Below are positions 11,860 to 23,699 of a DNA stretch of 64,000 nucleotides, piece by piece. This DNA is from Welwitschia mirabilis. Its lineage: Eukaryota. A program made the translations under genes and the position numbers. A model generated the notes under the pieces. The model worked only from the letters and a program-made list of their open reading frames with translations, searched no databases and had not been told where the DNA came from. The first letter of the stretch is position 1; every line of letters starts with the position of its first letter. Location of the stretch: contig JBOZIK010000001.1 of NCBI GenBank assembly GCA_051453625.1, positions 36,449,334 through 36,513,333 on the forward strand, written 5' to 3'.

Positions 11860-14800
11860 AAGAGTGGGTGGAGAAAGACGACTCAGAAAGCTAAAAATCT
11901 GGTGCATGAATTGCATAAAACAATCAAAAAAAGTGGAAGGGGATTTTCTTGATAGAAATCATTGATGTTCTTGCAGATGAAAGAGATAACTTGAAACATA
12001 TGCACTTAGTGCATGTGATAGATATATTCAAAAGACATAAGATTGAATATATTTTAGCTTCGAAGTTCAACATGCAAGAAGTTCCTACAAAATCCTCGAG
12101 TAACTTTAAATAATGCAATGTTGATAAGAAAAACCAATCTTTAACTATTGAATTCGAATTTTCTAAAGATATCTTAAATAAAACTATCAAACTTTTAAGC
12201 AACTTTATGCTATTGGTTTCTTCATTAGGAAAATATGATATGCGGGCACTTTTTATGACTAGATTCAGAAACAATTGGGTTTCAAAAATATCAATGTCAC
12301 TCTTATCTTTAATCTGATTAGGGTTTTTTTCCTATTTGCTTTTAAAACTAAAGAAATAGTAGATTGTGTTAAACAGTAGGTTATTTGGAATGTCTATGGT
12401 TCCTATCTTATTCTCAAACTATGAGTGGAGAATTTTGATTTAAAAACAGAAAGTCAAAGTAATATTATAGTATGGATTGAATTTCTAGGACTCTCTCCTT
12501 ATTTTGTGGCTCATGTTGATAATCTAACATCTTAGTTAGGATAAGTGACTGGTATGGAATCTTATGTGGATATTAAAATCCATCCTTCCAAAAGGGTGTG
12601 TGTTATTTTGGATTTGCATAATCCTTTCGCAGAAAGGATCAAATTCAAAGCTGAAGGAAAGGAATACATATAAAAAGTAGTTTACTTAATCTTACCTGGT
12701 AGATGTTACTACTGTAAAGAGCCCAATCATATTTAAACCCATTGCCCTAAATTGTTAACCAAATTGGAAGAAGAGAAATTACTAGTAGAAAAAGTGGAAA
12801 TTGAACTTAAAAGCAAAGGTTTTGCATCTAATGCATTAGGTAAGTCAACAGAAAGTTGTCCTAATATAGATAAATAAGGTAGTCCCGAGAATTATGGCTC
12901 TTCTTCATAGTAAGACAAGGACTTACAACTTAATCTCTCTTTGAAACATGCAGAACAATCTTACTGCTCAAGCAAATCCTAGCTACATGACAAGGAAAAA
13001 AACCTATGCTTTAGTCACTAAGGAGAAACCATCCCTTTCAGATGTAAGAGGTAAATCAGGTTTGACATAGAATAGCTATGTTAAAGGTTTTCCATCCTAA
13101 AAGGCAAGGAAACATCCAATAAATAGTTTTGAATCAGTTAATTGTTTTAAATGATTGGAGGTTGAGGATATTCCTTTAAGTCATTCATCATGAATTGTAT
13201 ACCTTAGAATGTGAGGAGCCTCTCAAACCCCATAGGAAAGAATAGTTCAAAACCATATATTGGCTAAAAGAATAAATTTAGTTTTTTTTTGTAGAAAGTT
13301 AAAATTCAAGGCTTTATCCTTAAATCCTTTAATTAGAATTTTTCTAGTAATCACTGGTTCAATTTTATCAATCATGATAATTATAAAAAAGGAGTATCTC
13401 TTATTCTTTATAGTAGTTGGACACATCACATCATAGATTCTGATAAAGATCACAATGGAAACTATATTTGGGTCTGCATCAACTACCTAAACAATATCTT
13501 TGAATTCCTATGCATTTATGCTCCTTGTCAAGATTAGGACCATACCAATTTATGGATGTGGCTTACTTAAATCTTACCAAAGGCCATCTGGATCATAGCT
13601 AGTAATGAATACTCTAAATTAGTAAGGAGAGTTGGAGGGCTAGATCTTTTAGTATTATCAACTTGGATTTAATTTAAAAACAAGTTTAATCTACAGGATG
13701 GTAATTATAATTATAGAACTTGAGTAATTCAGGATGGTTCACTTAGAATAATGCTAGATCAAGTGTTGCTTATATCTCTTCCCACCTTGGTTGAGCTTAC
13801 TTATTCAATAATAATATAGTTCATTTTTAGCCAAAAAAGGGTTTACCAATCCAAGTAGATTATTCTCAAGTGTTATTTGATCATTTTCCAATCTATTGGT
13901 CAATTCAAAGTTATAGAAATTCTTCCATTCATCAAGACCTTTTTATTTTTAACACATTATTTTCACAAAGTCACTCTTTGTGTAATCTCATTCTGTGCTT
14001 TTGGAACTTATCTCCAAGGCCCACTGATAAGAATTATTGGATTAACTAATGGATTGATGCCTTTATTAGAGGCCAATATCTAGTTAAGAACTTTGGAAAG
14101 CTTTCAGCTAGAAACTCTCGACATTATAAGATGGAACTCCTTTTTACTATTTAGACTTACTAATTAATAGTCGATGGGGGAAATGGTATAAACTTAGATT
14201 TTTCAATTTAAATTTCTGCTAAATCCTGCTTATGACATATTGAGCACCATAAGGCTTGAAGTTAACCATATTAAGCCCATCTTTTTGACTTTGTATGAGT
14301 AATCGGGCTTATCTTGAGACTCTCCTCAAATGGATATCATTCATTTAGATAAAGGCTTATTCATTACCCAGGAACTTAGAGTTATACTCTCACTATTCTA
14401 GCATTTTTGATAAAGGATTAATTTGCGTGAAAAGTTTAAATCTTTATCTTAATGCAACTCCTTTATTTAATACGTCTATCTTTGGAAGTGATAATCATTT
14501 ATCCAAGGCTGACCTTAAAACTGCTTTCCAACAATTAAAAGATGGAAAAGCTCTAAGTATAGATGGCTCCCTTGAAAAATTCTTTAAACATTGCTAGTGA
14601 TATTAAAAGATGGAAAATCTCTAGGTATAAATGGCTTCCTTGCAAAATTCTTTAAACACTACTAGTGATATATAATTGATGATGCTTATCAAATGTACTT
14701 AGAAGCTCTTCTTAATGGTTCCTTAGGTAAGAATTTGAACATAGACATACTTGAATTTATCCCTAAGTCTGGTGATACTTCTCTAATTAATAATTAGAGA

Positions 14801-17186
14801 CTGATCAATCTACTATATGTTCTATATAAAATTATTGCAAAAGCTATAGCTAATAGATTAAAGACTTTTCTTCCTGATCTTATTAGAAAGGAGCAAACTG
14901 TGTTTGTGAAAAATAAATATATTTTAAACAATGTTGTTATAGCTGTGGAATTCATGAATTGGGCTTCTACTTCTTCCAAAAAAGCTCTATTATTGAAAGT
15001 AGATTTTTTCAAAGCTTATGATAGACTGGTTTGGACCTATCTCTTATGCCTCATCAAGCATCATAATCTTGTTGGCGTTTTCGATGATCATATAAAAATG
15101 CTTCTATCAAATGTAATATCCTTTATCCATATCAATGGTCGATTCTCTCCTTATACCAAGCTTGGTAGATCTATTAGATAGGGTTTTCTCTTAGCTTCTT
15201 ATCTTTTTATCATTGTAGTAGATTCATTAGGAGCCATGCTTAATGTAAAGAAGCATAATTTCATTCCTAGAGGAGTCTTACTTCTAGATGGTTTTGAAGT
15301 CTTTCATAGTTAATTCACTAATGATACCTTTCTTCTTCTAGAAGAAAGTGAGTAAAATGTTTTGGCTACTTTAGAGGTGATTTCCATTTAATGTAACACA
15401 TTTGACTCCAAAATCAATATGGATAAAACTCAATCCATCAGAAGTAGTCTTCCATCCTAGCCTTCTGGATGCAACAATTTTTCTTTTAAGTGGATTTCTC
15501 CAATAGAAAAATTTTCTCTTTTAGGATTCCCTTGGGTCTTCAAGACGCTCCTAATTCTCTATGATAGAATGTAGTCCAAAAGGTTTAAAATAAGATCCTT
15601 AAGTGGGCTTTTAAGCCCCTTTCTCTTATAGAAAGATTAGTGGTAATAAAACATATCCTGAATGCAATTCCAATTTATTATGTTTCTTTTATGGCTCCTT
15701 TAAAGAAGGCTACAGCTTCTATTGACAAGCTCCTTTGGTGTTACCTCTAAGATGACAAGGAAAATCATAAAGCTTTTCATCATGTATCTTGGAATATCGG
15801 TCTCGCAAATAAAACTGTTAGAGGTCTTAATATACCTTCTATTACTAAATAAGATTATCTTCTAACTTCTAAATGGGTTATTCGATTCTTCCAAGGAAAT
15901 GAAGCTTGGACAATACTTTTTAGACATTAATTTTCTAATGGAAAAGTTTTATCCTCTTCCTACTAAAATAACTCTCATTGATGTAACTAAATTATGAACA
16001 AGGAAAAAGTAAAGCTATCAGGTTCTTACTTGTTCCAACAAATTTGGAGTTATTGAAATAAAGTTAAAATCTATCTTATTTAGAATCCTCAAGGTCTCTC
16101 TTAAAATAATTTGAATTTACACTCTTTTTGGTGGTCCCCAACCTTTGAATTTAATGCCTTGCCTTTAGCTGTGAACTTTAAATCTAGAGCTAGAACCTTG
16201 GCTAAAAAAGCCCTTCTTGACACAAGTCAACTATTAGTCAATAATCAAGGAGTCATATCTTTTAGATGATAATCTTATAAAGCCAAATGATAGTTTCAAA
16301 TTGGAGATCTTCCCTTTCTTAAACATGTGGAATCTATTCTAAGTAATTTCAATGGGTTTAATGGTAATGAATCTTGGACAGATGAATGATTATGGCCAAA
16401 TGGTTAAAAAATGTATAACTTTTCTCTTTCAAAGGCTTACTCTTGTTTGGAAAATGAGTATTACCTTCAGACCCAAATGAATAAGAGTTAGAATTTAGAT
16501 TAGTTATATGGTAAATGAAAGGATGTGTTTTAGAAATTATGGAAGTCTAAAATGCAACCAAAACTCAAAGTTTTTCTTTTAGTTTCTTCTTCGTCATGGT
16601 CTCTTGATTAGTAAACAGACTCAGTTTAGTAGGGCTGACCCCATTTTATGCCTAACTTTTAATATGAGAGAGTCCATTCAGCATGTGTATTAGGATTGTA
16701 AGGTGGCTAAGTAGATTTGGTCTTAGTTATTTACCTTGTTTGGAATTTCTTTCTCATACCCTTTTTTAATTCTAATGCCAGATGCTCTCAAGAATCAATT
16801 TAACATTGGATGGTAGATTTTGTTTATAGAAAGTATGTTTTTCTTTGGAAGTATCATTGTTAGACCTTTTTTCAGGGGAGGACTGGATTAACATCTTTTC
16901 CAGGGGATCAAATACTTATCATTTTTTCACTTAAGCTTTAATACAATGCTTTTAAAGGAGTTATCAGAGACTCTTTTATTAATTCTTTGCTATCTAATGT
17001 TTATTAAAGTGTAACTCCTTTAATGCTATCATCTCAGGGGTGTGATTAGCGTTGTTCTCTTCTTTTGGGCTCTGTTATAGTGTGGTTTCATTTTAACAAC
17101 CCACCCTCCACCTCTTATCATTAGTGTAACCTTTATGCGTTAAGTGCAAACTCTATTACGTAACCCCTCCTCTGACGTTAATCTTC
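11860..17186 (+). mobile_element. Near full-length degenerate L1-clade LINE, copy 1
   Basis: ORF1 remnant with zinc knuckle RCYYCKEPNHI*THCP (about 12700-12750). ORF2 from ATG 13190 (MNCIP*NVR), LLKVDFFKAYDRL, decayed FADD box (*FTNDTFL), C-terminal C..ESIQHVY*DC. Ends ...TAATCTTCA. Boundaries approximate. Confidence 0.92.
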
Positions 17187-17313
17187 AGAGAACTATAGAA
17201 ATTCTCACTAAATAGTAGGAATTGTTTATTTCTCAAATCAAATTCAAGTTCTTGAAACATATTAGAAGCAACTTATTAAAGTCACAAGAGTCATCTAGAT
17301 TCATTGACAAATG

Positions 17314-20300
17314 TGTTGAAATAAATTGACTAGCTATCAATAAATTAGTTAGGCTTGGAGATATTTCTTATTATTTAAGTTTGATTTATTTCAATGTTGT
17401 TTTAGAACTTAGGAGATTAGTTGTAAAGTCTATTATCTCTTAGCATGTTCTGTTAGTTCCTAATTTTATGGTATGTCTGTTTTGTATCAGCCTATATAAA
17501 GGCATCAGTTGTTATAAATAAAAAACAGCAGAACATTTGCTTCACTTTCTTTTGTTCATCTAATTAACAATGGTATTAGAGCCAGATCAAGAAGAATGAA
17601 TTAAAAGTAATACAACAATACACTTATTTTACAGTAGCAAAACAATCGCAAAATAGACTTTTGTTCAACTAGTAATTCCTCGCTTTGATGGTCACTATGA
17701 CCACTGGAGCATGCTAATGGAGAATTTTCTTAGATCCAAGGAGTACTGGCAAGTTGTCAATGAAGGAGTTCCTGAAGCAGGAGCTGGCATGACACTAACT
17801 GATGCACAAAAAACTAAACTAGAAGGACAACGACTCAAAGATTTTAAAGCAAAGAATTATCTTTTCCAAGCAATTGATCGCTCAATCTTGGAAACCATTC
17901 TTTTGAAGAATGCCTCAAAACAAATTTGGGATTTCATGAAAAGAAAGTATCAAGGTTCTGTAAGAGCAAGGAGGTATCAACTTTAGGCTCTATGTTCAAA
18001 ATTCAAAACACTTCAAATGAAGTCAGGAGAATCAGTTTTAGATTACTTCAGTCGAGTGACGACGATTGTCAACAAAATGCGAATTCATGAAGACAAGACA
18101 GAAGATATTATTATCATTGAAAAAATACTTTAATCCTTCTATAGAAGAATCTAAAGATATTGATGAGCTTTCACTTGATGAACTGAAAAGTTCTTTGCTG
18201 GTACATGAAGAGAAGTTTAAGCAACCAAAAGTTGAGGAATAATCATTAAAGGCCTCAATGAAAAATCATTTGATGAATAAAGGAGGAGGCAGAGGCAGAG
18301 GCAAAGGTAAGGGCAGAGGAAGCAATGATCATGACAACCAGCAGTACCAAGAAGATTTCAAAGGAGAAGAAGAGGACAAGGATGTCACTAGTCAACAACT
18401 GATAGAATGAAGTTAGCAGACAAGTAAAACATTGAATGCTATCGATGTCATAGTTATGGCTATCAATTAGAATGTTGAACTAACACGAATACAAAATGCA
18501 AAAAGATCCAATTTTGCAAAAACACAGGGGGGAGGAGATATCTTTGCTTATGGTTTGCCATACTAAGAAAGAAACCAACAAGCATTTGTGGTACCTGGAC
18601 ACTGGTTGTAGCAATCATATGTTCAGTGACAAAACAATTTTTTCAAATCTAGATGAGGCATACAGAGATGAAGTGAAGTTTGGAAACGACACTATAATTT
18701 TAGTTCTGGGAAAAAAATAGGTAACAATACAAACTAAAGGGAACAATACTCAGACAATTTCTAATGTTCTCTTTGTTCCATATTTGAAGACCAATTTGTT
18801 AAGCATTAGTTAGCTGTAAGAGAAAGGCTATGAGATCACAATAAAAGATGTGTGTGCCACATCTATGACAAGAAATTGGGCTTGATAGCTCAGGCTAAAA
18901 TGACATCAAATGGGATGTTTCCTCTTTATTTGCATAATATTTCACAAGCATGTTTCTTGATAAGACTCGGTGATGATGCTTGATTATGGCACTTTCGATA
19001 TAGTCAAATGGTTTAAAGACATTACAACAAAAGAAAATGGTGGTTGGGCTTCCAATGTTTTCAATTCCTACAGAAGTGTGTGAGGAATGTGCTATTGGAA
19101 AACAACATAGAGATCCATTTCCAAAAGGAAACATACAAAGAGTAAGAAAGTTACTAGAAATTGTGTACTCTGACCTTTGTGGCCCTATCAATCTTATCTC
19201 TAATGGAGGTAAGCAATATATCATCACTTTCATTGATGATTTGAATCACAAAACCTGGGCTTATTTTTTACAAGAAAAATCCAAAGCATTAGTTACTTTT
19301 AAAACCTTTAAAGCATTTGTTGAGAAGGAAGTAGAATGTCCAATTCAAGTGTTGTGCACAAACCATGAAGAAGAATATAATTCACATGAATTTGTAAAAT
19401 TTTGCAACACATATGGCATCAAACGACAACTGACAACAGTCTTTACACCATAGCAGAATGGTATTTGTGAAAGAAAGAATCGCACAATTATGAACATGGT
19501 GAGAAGCTTATTGACCAAGAGCAAAGTTCTAAAGCAATTCTAGCCAGAAGCTATAAATTGGAGTCTCCATATTTTCAATAGAAGCCCTACTCTAGCAGTT
19601 TAAAATATGACACCGGAGGAGGCGTGAAGTGGTCGACAACCAATAGTTGATCATTTCAAAATTTTCAAATGCACAACCTATGCCCATGTTCCAGATGAGA
19701 AGAGAAAGAAGCTGGATGACAAAGGAGAGAAATGTATTTTTCTTAGAATAATTGATTAATCTAAAGCTTACAAATTGTATAATCCTCATGCTAAGAAAAT
19801 CATCATCGTTCGTGATGTAATTTTTGATGAAGACAACTTCTGGGAATGGAATGAGAATGTTTCTAAAAAATATATACCAGCAGATTTTGAAGATGGTGAC
19901 CAGAAACTTGTCAAAAACATAGTGCAACAAGCTGTAACTCAAGATGAACTAGAAATTGAACAAGCCATTGATTCACCTCCTACTCTCAGAGAGTTAAAAG
20001 GAGACCATCTTGGATGGAGGACTATGAAGTAACAGGAATTGATCCTAATGAAGATACACTCAAAAATTTTGCTTTGTTTTCAGATTGTGATCCAGTAACC
20101 TTTGATGAAGTTGTCTAACATTCAAAGTGGAGAAAGGATATGGATGAAGAGATTGCATCCATTAAAAGAAATAATACATGGGAGCTAACTGAACTTCCTA
20201 GAGGACAGAAAACTATTGGTTTAAAGTGGGTGTACAAGACAAAGTCAAAAGCAAATGGCGAGGTAGACAAATATAAGATGTGACTGGTTGCGATAGGCTA

Positions 20301-21915
20301 CAAGAAAGAATTTTGCGTCGATTACAAAGAAGTTTTTGCTCTAGTTGCAAGGTTGGATACTATCAGACTTATGGTTGCATTGGTAGCTCAAAATTCATGG
20401 CCAATTTTTCAATTAGATGTGAAATCAACCTTTTTACATGGAGAATTAGAAGAACAGGTATTTGTTGACCAACCTTTAGGTTATGTTAAAGTAGAAAATG
20501 AGCATAAAGTGTATAAATTAAACAAGACTCTCTATGGACTAAAGCAAGCCCCACGGGTATGGTATAGTCACATAGAAGATTATTTTTTGAAGAGAGGATT
20601 TCAAAAGTGTCCTTTTTATGCAATTTAAAGATGGTGGAAAAATGCTTATTATTTGTTTATATGTTGATGACTTAATTTATACTAGCAATGATGGAGCAGT
20701 TTAAGAATTCCATGATGATTAAGTTTGATATATCTGATCTTGGTCTAATGCATTATTTCCTTGACATAGAAGTTGTTCAATTTGCAGGTGGTCTCTTTAT
20801 TTCTCAGAAAAGGTATTGCCAAGAAATCTTGAAAAGGTTTCAAATGGAAAAATGCAACCCTGTAAGCACACCCGCAAAAACAGGTCTGAAGCTTACTAAA
20901 GATCCTGATGATAAAAGAGTCAATAATACTCTTTACAAGCAAATTGTGGGAAGTTTGATGTACTTAACTACAACATGACCAGACATTATGCTTGCTGTAA
21001 CTCTCATTAGCAGATTCATGGAATGTCCAACAGAGATACATCTTATGGCTGCAAAACAGATTTTACGGTATTTGCAAAAAATAAGAAACTTCGGTATCTT
21101 GTACAAAAAAGGAGAAAAATCAGATTTGTTTGGATTTACAGATAGCAGTTATGCAGGAGATCGTGATAAAAGGAAAAGCACATCTGGTTATGTCTTTATG
21201 ATGGGGTCAGGAGCTATTTCATGATCATCAAGAAAGCAACCTATAGTCACTCTCTTTACTACTGAAGCTGAGTTTGTAGTAGCAGCAACATGTGCTTGTC
21301 AAGCAATCTGGTTGAGAAGAGTTCTTGAAGAGCTTCGTTTCAAGCAAAAGGGCCATACTCCAATTTTTTATGATAATAGTTCAACTATCAAACTATCGAA
21401 AAATTCAGTTTTACATGGAATGAGCAAACACATAGATGTAAGATATCATTTCTTGCATGATCTCACCAAGGAGAAAGTAGTTGATCTCATTTACTACAGA
21501 AATGAGGATTAAGTTACTAATTTATTAACAAAGCCTCTCAAGTTAGCTGTGTTTCAGATACTCAGAAAACTGTTTGGAGTGTACAGCATGGAAGAATCCA
21601 AGCAATGTTTTGAAATTGAGTATCACTAAACTAATGTTTGTAAACTTAGTTTAAGGTAGGATGTTGAAATAAATTTATTAGCTGTTAATCGATTAGTTAG
21701 GCTTGGAGATATTTCTTGTTATTCAAGTTTGATTTAGTCCAAAGTTATTCTAGAATTTAGGAGATTAGTTGTAAAGTCTGTTACCTCTTAGCATGTTTTG
21801 TTAGTTCCTAATTTTGTGGTATTTCTATTTTGTATCAACCTATACAAAGGCATCAGTTGTTATGAATAAAAAACAACAGAAATTTGCTTCACTTTCTTTT
21901 GTTCATTAGTTAACA
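17314..21915 (+). mobile_element. Full-length Ty1/copia LTR retrotransposon (probably Ivana-like), inactivated by stops and frameshifts
   Basis: LTRs 17314-17569 and 21662-21915 (TG..CA); TSD AAATG at 17309-17313 and 21916-21920; PBS TGGTATTAGAGCC 17571-17583 (tRNA-iMet type); PPT 21648-21661. Motifs IPRFDGHYDHW, WYLDTGCSNHM, CEEC...YSDLCGP, QLDVKSTFLHG, LYGLKQAPR, LYVDDL, KHIDVRYHF in gag-PR-INT-RT-RH order. Confidence 0.97.
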
Positions 21916-22115
21916 AAATGCATAGGAACCCAATAGCCATGATGTTAATTCTCACAATGATTTTACTAGATGTTCATGGTTTAAAGATTACTAGGCATAA
22001 TTCAGTTCAATGGATTACCAAACACTATGCAGAAAATATTTATGTCAAAAGCCATTTGTTGAATCTCGCACCAATTGGGAGCGTGTCCTTGCAGCTAATA
22101 TTATTGTTTTAACAC

Positions 22116-22133
22116 CATCATCATCATCATCAT
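22116..22133. repeat. (CAT)n microsatellite
   Basis: Seen directly. Confidence 0.85.
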
Positions 22134-23699
22134 GATTTACAGTGTTTTTATCAGTGTCAACCCTACCCAGTCAGCGGACTCCGTGCAAGTGACGCTACTC
22201 ATACAGCTGTCGCCCTCTTCAGTGCTAATGGCCTCCCACCGCAGTTTTCTTTAGCTGCTGCCATCGTCGACAACACTCGATCACTAGTGCTTCCAACGCT
22301 AGCGTTGACGGCCAGTGCCATCGACACCCTAGCCATGCAAGCACCCTGCCAGCACTCTGTCAGTGCCCTCGTAGGGCAGTTCATCTCCAACTGCACTAAT
22401 TTCCTCCGCTTTTTCACCAGCATGGCTCGTCTTCACCTGCATCATGTTCTTATGCTTCTTCCCACCTACGTCGTCTTGATGATACCTGCCACCCTAGAAT
22501 CGAGCTCTTCCCGGCCGCTTTGGTGCCACTGACAATTTTGCCCAGCCCTCTGATCTTCAGCTGCGCTCCTTCACAGTAGGTCTTTCACTAGTCACCAACA
22601 CCTGCTGACTGCATCCACTACCTACAAATGCTACCACCTTGAGAGCAAGACAGGAGGAGAATTGAAGGTGGGATACAATGGAAGGGAAGAACGCAAGGAG
22701 AGTATGTTGATTAATGAACTTAAAGATAAGACGTAACCAAATGAAAGGCTCTGATGCAAATTTAAGAAAAGCCAACATCACCCATCAACACCAAGAAATA
22801 GCCATTGATGTAATCAAGTTGTCTTTTCATTTACTTTGCTTGTTTGACCCCTTTTTCCGTTGAGTCACTCCTTGATGCATTCATGTTTAAAAGAAAATTT
22901 AATATATCACTATCTTCAAGCGAATTTATTGTTGGAATTCTACTAATTGAGTTCAGACTTTATCAGAATAATCTACTGTTTTCAAGGCCCATTATTCTTC
23001 CATCATCTTTTTTCTTTACCGAATTTTCGTTTTCATATGAATCTCTTTTAATTTGTAAAGTCATTCTGTCATTCTTAATAATCTGGTTCTCTAAATTTTT
23101 GGTTTTCTATCTTTAAATCTAGTTCATTGATTGGATTTTATCAATGACTGAGTTTCAAAAAGATTAGATATCTACATTTATAAAATTATCTTTTTATAAA
23201 TATGTCTTAATGATATTTTCAAAACTCAGAAAAATATTTTATTTGGACAAGATAAAATTGCTTAGAAAAACTTCTTTGTCGCTCTCTTTTATTAGTGTCC
23301 ATTTTTTTTATATATACTAAGAAGAAAATAAAGAGATCTATGTTATTTAGCTCATGATTTCGTTAATATTATAATTTTTTTCCTGATTCATCTTTTATTT
23401 ATTTTTTTATGATAAGCTATTTCTTTTTAATGTCTAAGGGATAATTATTCTCATAGCATTTTGTCTCATTTCATTTTTAATCATCTAACTTTATGGCCTA
23501 TTTTCTTAATTGATTTCTCTCAAGCTTGAAAAGTAGACTTAAGTTAGTTTTCATTTTCACTTTAAATAATAAATCTAAATTGAATAATCATTCTTTTCCT
23601 TTCCAAAACTGTGTTGCATTTCAATATCATAAAGCAATTAAAACAATTTAGAAATCACATAATAAAGCTCAAAAATCAAAATTTGTAAGTTTGTAAACA

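Larger units (their letters stand above)
10798..23699 (+). mobile_element. TG...CA solo-LTR-like insertion splitting the integrase, itself interrupted by LINE, copia and other DNA
   Basis: TGTAGAGGG at 10798 and TTGTAAACA ending at 23699, flanked by a perfect CTCAC duplication (10793-10797 and 23700-23704). The integrase reads across the site once it is removed. Confidence 0.8.
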
